Sequence record: SRR20825006_652
DNA: 58,985 nucleotides
Reading direction: 5' to 3' (one strand)
In this document: positions 48,645-57,858 of the stretch, in pieces
Numbering within the stretch: the first letter of the stretch is position 1
How the letters are laid out: every line of letters starts with the position of its first letter
Position numbers and translations under genes: made by a program
The notes under the pieces: generated by a model
What the model saw: the letters and a program-made list of their open reading frames with translations, nothing else
The model's database searches: none
What the model was told of the DNA's origin: nothing

Positions 48645-49562
48645 TTGAGCTCAGATTATCCAAAAGCAAAAGTAATTATAGCCCTTGTTTTAGGGCTTAC
48701 TTCTTTTGGATTCGCACCGATTATTGTAAAACTTGCAACTGACTATTCTGCTTTTCAAGTTTCAGCAGTACGGACTGTTTTTGCTGCAGTAATACTTTTC
48801 CCTTTCTATTACTTTAGAACTAAAGAAGAAAAAATAGCCACAAAGGTTGCTGTACATGAGCGTTGGTGGATGGCTGCCTCGGGCATACTTCTCGGTCTAC
48901 ATTTTATTAGCTGGACAAGCTCCATTTATTTTACATCTGTTGCCTCGGCTTCGGTACTCGTAACTGTTCACCCAATCATTCTGATTCTAGTTGAGCGCCT
49001 TCTTTTTCGAGTCAAGTTTGCTACAACCGTTTGGGTTGGTGTAATCGTAGCTTTTATCGGATCAGTAGTGCTAGGCTATAGCGACTTTAATGCAGAGAGC
49101 TCATTTTCTAATCCAGCTCTTGGAAATTTTCTAGCTTTTCTAGCAGCAGTAATATTTGCAATCTATTTTCTAATAGGTCGCAAGGTGAGAAAGAATCATA
49201 GCTGGATTGAATATGTATTTCCTGTCTATTCGTGGGCAGCACTAACTTGTACGATAGTTCTATTCTCATTAGAAGGTTTTTCTAATCCAATCGATGAAAA
49301 ATTGCTTCTTTTAGGATTAGCGATGGCTCTTGGACCGCAAATTATGGGGCATGGTGCATTGAATTATGCAATTAAATATGTATCGCCAACTTTACTATCA
49401 ACATTAATACTGGTAGAGCCTCTTTTGGCTTCATTACTAGCTTTAGTCTTATTTAAGGAGTGGCCAGAAATTAGCTCATTAATTGCAATGGCCATTATTT
49501 TGATTGGAGTAAGCTTAACTTGGAAGAAATCCGGAAAAAAGGCAATTCCTAACCCAAGCTAG
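48645..49562 (+). CDS. DMT/EamA family transporter
   Basis: TTG start; LHFISW..S...TSVAS, GH..LN, EP motifs; 10 TMs. Confidence 0.92.
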   Translation: MSSDYPKAKVIIALVLGLTSFGFAPIIVKLATDYSAFQVSAVRTVFAAVILFPFYYFRTKEEKIATKVAVHERWWMAASGILLGLHFISWTSSIYFTSVASASVLVTVHPIILILVERLLFRVKFATTVWVGVIVAFIGSVVLGYSDFNAESSFSNPALGNFLAFLAAVIFAIYFLIGRKVRKNHSWIEYVFPVYSWAALTCTIVLFSLEGFSNPIDEKLLLLGLAMALGPQIMGHGALNYAIKYVSPTLLSTLILVEPLLASLLALVLFKEWPEISSLIAMAIILIGVSLTWKKSGKKAIPNPS

Positions 49563-49738
49563 TTTTTAGGGTAAATTATTAACTCCTAGATACTTATGAG
49601 TAGTTTAATGAACGATATCGTAGTTAGATATTGTTAATTTATAGGCAAAACTGAAGAATATGCAGTATAATAGCAGAGCTATGCTGAGATTTGTTATTAT
49701 AAAGTACGGCAGTAGCTCGTAAAGAAACTAAGATCATT

Positions 49739-51247
49739 ATGATTTATCATAATCACTTACTGACCTCTCGTTCTCGATTACTACTAATTGGCTTAAGTTT
49801 TAGCCTTCTTAGTTGTATAAGCAGTGCTGAGAAAAAACCTATTATTCCTGAAGATGCGAACTTAATCGCAAACATTAAGGAACCTATAGAGCGTGATTAC
49901 GCCAACATAAAACGTTCTGGTGTGTTACGGATGATAACTAGCTATAGCTCAAATTCTTATTTTTTGCATCGTGGGATTCAAGCTGGTTTTGAGTATGAGA
50001 TGATAAAGAATTTCGCTAAAGAAAATGACCTCGCTCTAGAAGTAGTTATTGTTGGTGAAGAAGACAATCCCTATGATTTACTAAATAGTGGTGAAGGCGA
50101 TCTAATAGCCGCTAACTATACTATTACTAATGAAAGGCGAGAGGTGGTAGAATTTACTCGGCCCTATAACATAGTAGATCAAATTGTGGTTTTTTCTGAA
50201 GAGATTGGTAAGAAGCCAGAAAGTATAACAGAACTTGCTGATGTAACTATAGCTACGAGAAGAAACAGTTCGTACTACGTGCGATTGAAAGAACTTCAAG
50301 AAGAAGGTTTCAATATTAATATTGAAGTTGTTTCTGATGATTTAGATACCGAAGCACTACTTTTTATGGTTTCTAGTGGCAAATATATGGCTACCGTTGC
50401 CGATGACAATATTTACCAAGCGAGTAGTAAATATATGGGTGGACTTTTACGAGGCCCAGTTATTGCCGAGAGAGATACAATTGCATGGGCTATACGGAAA
50501 AATGCTCCTGACCTTGAAAGACAGCTTAATCGCTATTTGTATAAACATTTTAGATTTGGTGAAGGAGGAGTTCCAAAAAGATCGGAATTCTTAAACGTAT
50601 TGCGACAGCGTTATTTTGAGGGAGGCGAGCGGATTGAAGCTTATTTTAAACCTGAGATTGAAACTAGCGAATTTGGTGCGATTTCACCCTATGATAGCTT
50701 AATCCAAGCGGTTTCAGAAGACAATGCTTTAGATTGGGTAATGATGACTTCTATTGCAGCTCAAGAATCTAAGTTCGACCGATTTTCAGAAAGTTGGGCT
50801 GGTGCTGTTGGAATTATGCAAATTTTACCTCGATTTAGTGAAGTGACACTTGACTCACTCTACATTCCCGAAATTAATATTAGAGAAGGTGCTCGAATTT
50901 TGAAAGAGCATCTAGACCACTACTCATATATGGATTCAACAAGTCAGTGGCAATTTGCGCTAGCTACTTATAATGCAGGTCAAGGCCATGTTGCTGATGC
51001 TCGTAGATTAGCTATTGACCATAACGATGATCCAAACGATTGGGAAAGTGTTTCAAAAGCATTAATCCGATTAATGCAGAGGAAATACTATCAGAATGCG
51101 AGATATGGTTTTTGCCGTGGTATAGAAACGGTGCGCTACGTAAATGAGATTACCAATCGAAATAATACCTATCTAGCAATTTTGGCTCTTTCTAGAAACC
51201 AGAATGCTACGTTCCCACGAGTTTTGGGGCTAAAAACGGTTAATTAA
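49739..51247 (+). CDS. mltF: MltF-like lytic murein transglycosylase (SBP family 3 + SLT domain), probable lipoprotein
   Basis: LLSC lipobox; GVLR..T, GFEYE; AQESKF catalytic Glu; GAVGIMQ, YNAGQGHV.DAR, ETVRYV. Confidence 0.88.
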   Translation: MIYHNHLLTSRSRLLLIGLSFSLLSCISSAEKKPIIPEDANLIANIKEPIERDYANIKRSGVLRMITSYSSNSYFLHRGIQAGFEYEMIKNFAKENDLALEVVIVGEEDNPYDLLNSGEGDLIAANYTITNERREVVEFTRPYNIVDQIVVFSEEIGKKPESITELADVTIATRRNSSYYVRLKELQEEGFNINIEVVSDDLDTEALLFMVSSGKYMATVADDNIYQASSKYMGGLLRGPVIAERDTIAWAIRKNAPDLERQLNRYLYKHFRFGEGGVPKRSEFLNVLRQRYFEGGERIEAYFKPEIETSEFGAISPYDSLIQAVSEDNALDWVMMTSIAAQESKFDRFSESWAGAVGIMQILPRFSEVTLDSLYIPEINIREGARILKEHLDHYSYMDSTSQWQFALATYNAGQGHVADARRLAIDHNDDPNDWESVSKALIRLMQRKYYQNARYGFCRGIETVRYVNEITNRNNTYLAILALSRNQNATFPRVLGLKTVN

Positions 51248-52958
51248 CTCTCAGTACAATCATTGTAATGTCATCGTACTGGATGTTGTTAGAAAAGACG
51301 TTAATGTCGTTTATAACTGTATCAATAATATTTTGAGAGCTTAGGTGTCGGTTTTTACGGATACATTCTACTAAGCGCCATTCATCGTATTCTTCTGTTT
51401 GATCAATATTCAAAGCTTCTGTAACACCATCTGTGAAAAAAGTAAGAATATCTCCCGATTTCAATTCAACTTCGGCTGTTTCATAAGGGAACATCGTTGG
51501 CATAGCGCCCAAAATTAATCCGCCTTCCTCAAGTAGAATGGGTTCATCACTGTCTTTACGGAATAAAATTGGTGGATTGTGCCCCGCATTTACATATTTA
51601 AAGCGCTTACCATCACTCGACATCTTTCCCCAAAAGAAGGTTATAAACTTATCGGCTGGGGTGTTTTTATGAATGATGTCATTAATACTCGCGGTAGCTT
51701 CACTCAAGCTTATATCAATTGGCGCTAAAGCGTGCAACATTGACTGTAGATTGGCCATCAGTAACGAGGCGGGTACACCCTTGCCTGTAACATCTGCTAT
51801 CGCTAGAATGTGTCCTTGGTCGGGTGTGGTAATAAAATCAAAATAATCGCCACCAACTTGGCGAGAAGACACATTAATTGCTGCCAACTCAAAACCAGGC
51901 AATTCAGGTAACGGCTCCGGGAGTAAACCTTTTTGGATAGCTTTGGCAAGATTGAGTTCTTCGTCAAGTCTTTGTTTCTCTAATCGCTCCTCGAGTAACA
52001 AAGACTTTTGGATGGTAAGCAAAGCTAGATTTCCAAGCGATTGTAAGAAATTCACTTCTGCTTCGCCATATTCCTGCTGGTTAGCGCTAGCTCCAACTCC
52101 AACCACTCCAATTTTTTCATTCTGAAAACGAAGGCCAATAAGTAACTTGATATCATTCTTTCTAAGAAAATCGCAGTCTTCATCATTTTGACAATGAACA
52201 ACATCTTCCATCTCAAAAAGATGATCTAAATCATCGTCACTTGGCGTTTCTTTCATTCCACTAATGGAAACAATAGATTTCTTTCCATCTACTTCAAGCG
52301 CAAAAAAGAAAGTTCGGATGAGCATCTGCCCAAGCATGGCAAATTTAAAAACACGGGCTATTTCATCTCGATCAACCATTAAGTTGAAATCTTTACTAAG
52401 CTGCAAAAGGGTGTTTAGGTCATGAACCTTTCGATCTAATCGACGATTGATGTGGCGCAATTCCTGAAACATGCGAGAGTTCGAAATAGCTACCGACGAA
52501 ATAATAGTAAGGCTTTCAATAAACTCAAGTTCGCGAGCAGTGAGGGAGTTTTTATTCCCTTTTGGCCCTAAACACAAGAAGCCAATGTGGTAATTACTCG
52601 TTTTAAGGTTGAAAAGAACACTTCCAGGTTCAATACCTAATTGGCTGAATAGGTTGATGTACTTTTCGCCATGGATTATAGATGTATCCTGTAGCTTGGC
52701 ATCTACATCAAAAACAATTTCATCATCTTCATTTCTCCAGCCTCGCCCTTTCGACTTTGAAACAAAATAGGTGTCGTCACCCGGTTTGTGGATAATAATC
52801 ATCCCTTTGGTAACCAATAATTTACCCATGGTTATGAGTAGCAAATTATTCAGCACAAAGTCAGGATCCTGAGATTCTATCAATAGGCGGCTCGTTTCTA
52901 GAAGAGTGCGGAGCTCAAATCGGCTGTGGCGTTCGTCGATATTAGGAGGTAGACTCAC
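51240..52958 (-). CDS. RsbU-like PP2C/SpoIIE phosphatase with N-terminal GAF-like domains
   Basis: GTG start; LAKAIQKGLLP, VGGDYFD, IADVTGKGVPA, NAGHNPP, TDGVTEA, DDITM. Confidence 0.92.
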   Translation of the reverse strand: MSLPPNIDERHSRFELRTLLETSRLLIESQDPDFVLNNLLLITMGKLLVTKGMIIIHKPGDDTYFVSKSKGRGWRNEDDEIVFDVDAKLQDTSIIHGEKYINLFSQLGIEPGSVLFNLKTSNYHIGFLCLGPKGNKNSLTARELEFIESLTIISSVAISNSRMFQELRHINRRLDRKVHDLNTLLQLSKDFNLMVDRDEIARVFKFAMLGQMLIRTFFFALEVDGKKSIVSISGMKETPSDDDLDHLFEMEDVVHCQNDEDCDFLRKNDIKLLIGLRFQNEKIGVVGVGASANQQEYGEAEVNFLQSLGNLALLTIQKSLLLEERLEKQRLDEELNLAKAIQKGLLPEPLPELPGFELAAINVSSRQVGGDYFDFITTPDQGHILAIADVTGKGVPASLLMANLQSMLHALAPIDISLSEATASINDIIHKNTPADKFITFFWGKMSSDGKRFKYVNAGHNPPILFRKDSDEPILLEEGGLILGAMPTMFPYETAEVELKSGDILTFFTDGVTEALNIDQTEEYDEWRLVECIRKNRHLSSQNIIDTVINDINVFSNNIQYDDITMIVLRVN

Positions 52959-52962
52959 GCTA

Positions 52963-53385
52963 TTAAAGGTGCTTAACCATTTTAATCTCGTTCATCTCAC
53001 CTTTTCTATTATACTGAACATGATCCATAAGTTTGCGAATTAGATAAACGCCCATGCCGCCACGTTGTTTATTCTTAATCCGTTTCATTAAATCTGGTTC
53101 ATTATAGGTGCTAGGGTCAAAACTTTCACCTTCATCGGTGATAGAAATCCAAAGTTGAGAATCTTCAAAACCCATTTCAATTTGAACGGGTTTTTTAGGT
53201 CTATTTTTATAAGCGTGTTTTATAATATTAGTATAAGCTTCATCAACAGCTAAGCGAATTTCAGAAATATCTTTCTCAGAAAGACCTTTTTCAAAAGCGT
53301 GTCGAGCAACAAAATCACGTACCTCAGCCAAGTAAGCCGTAGAAGCCTCAACTGAAATGGAATATTTGATTACTTCGTTGCTCAC
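52963..53385 (-). CDS. RsbW-like anti-sigma factor / Ser kinase (HATPase_c)
   Basis: LAVDEAYTNIIKHAY, DEGESFDP, GGMGVYLIRKLMD. Confidence 0.92.
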   Translation of the reverse strand: MSNEVIKYSISVEASTAYLAEVRDFVARHAFEKGLSEKDISEIRLAVDEAYTNIIKHAYKNRPKKPVQIEMGFEDSQLWISITDEGESFDPSTYNEPDLMKRIKNKQRGGMGVYLIRKLMDHVQYNRKGEMNEIKMVKHL

Positions 53386-53394
53386 GATATTGCT

Positions 53395-53739
53395 TTAATT
53401 GAATCCTGTTAGTGCTTCACTTTCATCGTCTAGAATGTCATACAGAGTTGGAAATCCAAGCAAATCGAACACATTATATACTCGCTCGTTCATATTAGTG
53501 AGTTTGATATCGCCTCCCATTCCACGTACGTCTTCAATGTAGGCCATAAATACACCCAAACCTGCGCTTGCGATGTAGTCCAGTAATCTACAGTTAACAA
53601 TGATTCTAATTTTGTCCTTGTCGATAAGAGCTTTCAACGAATTCTCTAGCTGTGAGGCTGTATGAGCATCAAGCTCACCACTAATATCTAGCACGTGTAC
53701 AGCGTCGACTTCCCGTATTGCAATACTAAAGTTCTTCAT
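53395..53739 (-). CDS. RsbV-like anti-anti-sigma factor (STAS)
   Basis: GELDAHTA; LDYIASAGLG phospho-Ser motif. Confidence 0.93.
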   Translation of the reverse strand: MKNFSIAIREVDAVHVLDISGELDAHTASQLENSLKALIDKDKIRIIVNCRLLDYIASAGLGVFMAYIEDVRGMGGDIKLTNMNERVYNVFDLLGFPTLYDILDDESEALTGFN

Positions 53740-53937
53740 TATGCTAGTTTTAAAATTTATTATGGATATTGTTTCTCACTGAATGATAACGCTAACCAGA
53801 GAATATGAAAAATTAAACAAGGTTAAACGAGTACGTTATTTGAAAAATAAGTTTCGAAAAGGTCTGATTTATTTTGTAGTAGCTAAAAAGCTAGATGTTC
53901 CCATGGCTAAAAAGGATTTAAGTAGGGAAGATGATGC

Positions 53938-53975
53938 AAAAAAATAGCCCATCACATGTTCATATGTGATGGGCT
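53938..53975 (-). terminator. strong intrinsic terminator
   Basis: Perfect 12-bp stem AGCCCATCACAT/ATGTGATGGGCT, 6-nt loop, then A-U7 on the minus strand. Confidence 0.88.
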
Positions 53976-54028
53976 GACTATTCATCAAGAGAGACGCTAC
54001 TTGAGCGCACTCATAATTACGTAAATGC
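53938..54028 (-). ncRNA. candidate small RNA (~90 nt)
   Basis: Promoter-like TTTA-N21-TATATCTG (second box at 54033-54040) followed by a short structured tract and a strong terminator; no ORF longer than 5 codons. Confidence 0.35.
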
Positions 54029-54087
54029 TTGGCAGATATACAACTAAAATCTGTTCGATGTTAAACAGACTATTTTAGAACGCTGTT

Positions 54088-54603
54088 TTATCTTACTTTA
54101 GACACCCAGAATCCAGAGTTAATTTCTTTTGCAAGTTCCGCACCTAGAGCTTCCGCGCCAGCTTTGTCATCAAAAAAGCCAATACGAACACGGAACCAAA
54201 CATCGCCGTCTGCTTCGTTTCCAACTTTTACAACATAAGAACTTGGGTAATTACGGTCTTTCCATTTAGCAACAAAACCATTCGCTTTATCTTCTGAGCG
54301 GAAAGCGCCAACTTGAACGGCATACATACCATTTTCTACAAAGTTGTAAGTGGAAGAACTAGTATTAGCTTTAGTCTCAGTCTTTGACACAGGCTTAGTA
54401 GTTAGTGTTGCACCATCATTAGTGGTGTCTAAGCTATCTTGCATTGCAGCCATTTGTTCTGCAATCTGCTGTTGTTGAACTGCTCTAAGAGAGTCCATTC
54501 TAGCTTGCTCTGCAGCTCTTTTTTCTTCTTCGCTAGGGCCACAGGCTTGAATAAGAATTAAGCCAAGCGCTAGGAAAAGTAATTTAGGTCCAATTTTTTT
54601 CAT
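54088..54603 (-). CDS. SPOR-domain lipoprotein
   Basis: Start re-called at ATG 54603 (MKKIGPKLLFLALGLILIQAC lipobox); C-terminal YAVQVGAF...WFRVRIGFF SPOR domain. Confidence 0.88.
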   Translation of the reverse strand: MKKIGPKLLFLALGLILIQACGPSEEEKRAAEQARMDSLRAVQQQQIAEQMAAMQDSLDTTNDGATLTTKPVSKTETKANTSSSTYNFVENGMYAVQVGAFRSEDKANGFVAKWKDRNYPSSYVVKVGNEADGDVWFRVRIGFFDDKAGAEALGAELAKEINSGFWVSKVR

Positions 54604-54838
54604 AAGAATAGTTTGTTTAATGAACATCCAATATAACCGTTTAAGATACAGAAACATAAGTTTTAGCAACGGCTTTCACAACTAAGTAAAGCATAAATAT
54701 TTACTAATGTTTCTTAGATAACAAAAAAATAGAAACTATTTTATATAAAAAGCGAAAGCTATGCTATTTTAAAGTAGGAATTTAGGAGAGTGATAGTTTT
54801 GAAATAAAATTCTCCCTCAATCATTAAAAGTAACGGAC

Positions 54839-55123
54839 ATGTCATTTTTTGGTTTTTTTATCTATGTATTAATCGCTTCCATTTGTGGAGGAATCGGCCA
54901 AAGTATTGGCGGTTTTAAAATTGGAAGTGGTGGATGTTTAATATCTGCTGCAGTGGGTTTTGTAGGCGCCATCTTGGGCAAATGGATGGCAACTGAGCTC
55001 GACCTTCCTCTGCTTTGGACTATCGAAATCAGCGGGAAACCCTTTCCTATTATTTGGTCTATCATTGGCGCCGCATTTCTAACCGCCATCTTAGGTGCAG
55101 TTTTTAAGGGCAAGAAGGATTGA
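54839..55123 (+). CDS. GlsB/YeaQ/YmgE family stress-response membrane protein
   Basis: 94 aa, three Gly-rich TMs; VGFVGAILG, IIWSIIGA. Confidence 0.82.
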   Translation: MSFFGFFIYVLIASICGGIGQSIGGFKIGSGGCLISAAVGFVGAILGKWMATELDLPLLWTIEISGKPFPIIWSIIGAAFLTAILGAVFKGKKD

Positions 55124-55171
55124 AGGTAGAGCTACTCCAGAAAAAAATAATCTGCAGTCAATAAAATTTAG

Positions 55172-55244
55172 TAACCCCTCCGGGGCTCGAACCCAGATCT
55201 AGAGCTTAGGAGGCTCCTATTCTATCCAGTTGAACTAAAGGGTC
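55172..55244 (-). tRNA. tRNA-Arg(CCT)
   Basis: Minus strand folds as GACCCTT TA GTTC AACTGGATA GAAT A GGAGC CT CCT AA GCTCT AGAT CTGGG TTCGAGC CCCGG AGGGGTT A; CCA not encoded. Confidence 0.93.
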
Positions 55245-55318
55245 AAATTAGATAGGTAAAGATACAGATTTGTTGAAACTTTGCTTTTATAATTAAGTAC
55301 AGTGCGTTTAAAATTAAA

Positions 55319-57781
55319 GTGAATAAAATTTGGGTTTTTAAAATGAGAAGAATCATCGCGTTAGTAGTCTTCATTTGTGCGTGTTCTGGAGTAGTAATTG
55401 CACAGAAGCAAATCTCAGGAAAAGTTACCGATGGCACAACGGGTGAAGGATTAGCTGCAGCTCACGTTATTATTAAGGGAACTTATATTGGAACTATCGC
55501 CAACGAAGATGGAGAGTTTTCGCTAGTAGTGAAAAATTTTCCAGCCACAATAGTTGCCCGGTTTATAGGATTTGAAACCGAAGAAATAGCTATTGACGAA
55601 CAATTCTCTGGTAGTTTAAACTTTGTATTAAAAGAAGCAGTTGTTCAAATGAATGAACTTACTGTTACTGGAGAAGACCCCGCTATTTCAATTATGAAAG
55701 AGGTAATTCGGCGAAAGAAAATTTGGCGAGCAAATCTAAAAACCTACAAAGTAGATGCATATAGTCGCCAACAGTTATTAAACGACACCACCATTGTATC
55801 TATTTCAGAAACCATATCGGAAGCATTTTGGGATAGCGAAAAAGGGCCTCGAGAAGTTTTAAAATCTAAAAGACAAACAGCGAACATCGAAGGAGCTGAT
55901 AACTTTGCAGGAGTTAGTTATCTCCCAAATTTTTATAACGATCACATGGACGTTGCTGGGTTTGATGTAGTTGGTATCACCAACGAGCGTGCATTAAAGT
56001 ATTATAATTTCAAACTGGTTGATTACAAAAGTATTGACGACAAAGTGGTTTATGAGATTGAGGTTTCTCCCAGAAAACCGTTTCAACCTCTTTTCGAGGG
56101 AACTATTTATGTAGTAGATGAAGATTTTGCACTCCTTTCGGTGAAATTGAAACCTAACCAAGTGGTGGTATTTCCACCGCCGGTGCAAGATTTCAATTTA
56201 GCCTACGAACAGCAGTTTAGTAATTTCGGAGGAGATTATTGGTTGCCAGTGGATGTGCGTATTGAAGGGCTTGTAGAAGTAGGAGTGGTTGGCTTACGTT
56301 TCCCGCCCATTGGTTTTAAACAAGTTTCTAAATTAAACAACTATCAAGTAAACGTGGAGTTACCCGATTCGCTGTATAAAGTGCGTACTTGGATGAGTGT
56401 TGATTCCACGACTATCGGTCAAGCAGACTCTCTTTTTGAAAATACTGCCGATGCTGTTCCACTTTCAAACAAAGAAACTACAGCATATACCGAGCTTGAT
56501 AGCACTGCGACATTGGAAAAAGCATTTAAACCGAAAGGTTTTTTAACACGTTTTCTAGATTTGGATGAAGATGATGGCGAAAGTAGCAGTGTGACTATCA
56601 GCTCTGATGGAGGAGGTAGTAAAAAAAGAAATAACTCAACGAGAGCTTCTAATAAGCCACCAAACGCATTACAGAAATTTGCTCATAAACTTACACCAAT
56701 AGGTAGGTACAATAAAGTTGATGCCATCCATCTAGGATTGAAACACACAAACAACTACGCGAAGAACAGTATTCGGTCGGAAGTTAAGTTAGGTTATAGC
56801 TTGGGTAATGAGGATTGGGCACACGGGTTTAGACTAGCTTGGTGGCCACTTAAGAAATCAAGACGTTTAGTTACAAGCTTTGGCTATAATTTTGATACAA
56901 GCCCGAGTTACCAATCTGATATATATGGAATAGTGTTGCCGAGCGTGATGCCCATTTTAGGCTACGATGATTATTACAACTATTTCAGAAAAGAAGGCGC
57001 TTTCCTGAACTTTGGCTACATCCCTAAAAAGAGTCGAACAACCTATCGACTAAATTATACCTACGAAAACCATCGTTCTATCGACTTTAAAACGAGTTAT
57101 GACATTCTTGGAAGAGATAATGTACAGCCGTTAAATCCATTAATTGAAGATGGAAGATTGAGTGCGTTAGAGTTTAGTTTAAGCCGTGGTGATAGGAAGA
57201 ATACGTATGGGGCTATTGAACAGAATGGTTTGGAAATGAGTGTAGAACAATCGGCGAAGTTAATCGGCAGTGATTGGAATTATACACGATTTAAGTTAGA
57301 CGTATATAAACGCTTTACCACATTCTATAAGAAACGATTTTTGCCAAACGTTTTAGATATACGAGTAAATGCAGGAACCTACTTAGGTGACTTACCAGTA
57401 CAAGAAAATGGGGTCCTTGATGCGTCTTTCGGTTATTTTACTCCGTTTGGGGCTTTTAAAACTAAAAGATATATACCGTATCAAGGAGCTAGTTATGCAG
57501 GCGTGTATGCAGAGCATAATTTCAGAAGTGTACCTTTAGAAATGTTAGGGTGGAGATCAGCGCCCAAAACAGGTTTGAGTATTATTGCTTTTGGAGGAAT
57601 AGGTAAAACTTGGAATCCAGAAGACAAAGTGAGCAGGTTTAATGTGCAAGGCACTGATGACGTACATATTGAAGTTGGCGGGTCGCTAAGTAACATCTTT
57701 AGTCTTTTCAGAATAGATTTCGCCTTCAGGCTTGACGATCCAGGTTTCTATCCAGGGATAAGTGTAGCTCGGTTCTTTTAA
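55319..57781 (+). CDS. DUF5686-type outer-membrane protein with N-terminal carboxypeptidase regulatory-like domain (true start possibly ATG 55343)
   Basis: Signal peptide; ISGKVTD..TGE.L..A.V..KGT..GT..NEDG.F domain; YYNF, FEGTIYV; beta-barrel-like C-terminus ending in F. Confidence 0.78.
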   Translation: MNKIWVFKMRRIIALVVFICACSGVVIAQKQISGKVTDGTTGEGLAAAHVIIKGTYIGTIANEDGEFSLVVKNFPATIVARFIGFETEEIAIDEQFSGSLNFVLKEAVVQMNELTVTGEDPAISIMKEVIRRKKIWRANLKTYKVDAYSRQQLLNDTTIVSISETISEAFWDSEKGPREVLKSKRQTANIEGADNFAGVSYLPNFYNDHMDVAGFDVVGITNERALKYYNFKLVDYKSIDDKVVYEIEVSPRKPFQPLFEGTIYVVDEDFALLSVKLKPNQVVVFPPPVQDFNLAYEQQFSNFGGDYWLPVDVRIEGLVEVGVVGLRFPPIGFKQVSKLNNYQVNVELPDSLYKVRTWMSVDSTTIGQADSLFENTADAVPLSNKETTAYTELDSTATLEKAFKPKGFLTRFLDLDEDDGESSSVTISSDGGGSKKRNNSTRASNKPPNALQKFAHKLTPIGRYNKVDAIHLGLKHTNNYAKNSIRSEVKLGYSLGNEDWAHGFRLAWWPLKKSRRLVTSFGYNFDTSPSYQSDIYGIVLPSVMPILGYDDYYNYFRKEGAFLNFGYIPKKSRTTYRLNYTYENHRSIDFKTSYDILGRDNVQPLNPLIEDGRLSALEFSLSRGDRKNTYGAIEQNGLEMSVEQSAKLIGSDWNYTRFKLDVYKRFTTFYKKRFLPNVLDIRVNAGTYLGDLPVQENGVLDASFGYFTPFGAFKTKRYIPYQGASYAGVYAEHNFRSVPLEMLGWRSAPKTGLSIIAFGGIGKTWNPEDKVSRFNVQGTDDVHIEVGGSLSNIFSLFRIDFAFRLDDPGFYPGISVARFF

Positions 57782-57809
57782 AACTAACTGCCCAAAAAAC
57801 CTTAGACAT

Positions 57810-57840
57810 AAAAAAAGGCGAGCTAAAAGCTCGCCTTTTT
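57810..57840. terminator. bidirectional intrinsic terminator
   Basis: A7-GGCGAGCT-AAA-AGCTCGCC-T5 between convergent genes. Confidence 0.88.
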
Positions 57841-57858
57841 AATTTCAATAAAATACGA

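Noticed and set aside
53882..53914. Direct repeat GCTAAAAAG x2 (24-nt period) upstream of the STAS gene
   Set aside because: A-rich 9-mer with only two copies; plausible by chance in AT-rich DNA.
54604..54669. N-terminal extension of the SPOR ORF
   Set aside because: ATG 54603 gives a canonical lipoprotein signal; the extension looks like open-frame upstream DNA.
55124..55318. tRNA-Arg as an integration site, and the 64-aa ORF 55243-55437
   Set aside because: No integrase, att duplication or cargo seen; the ORF is antisense to the DUF5686 gene start and overlaps the tRNA promoter.
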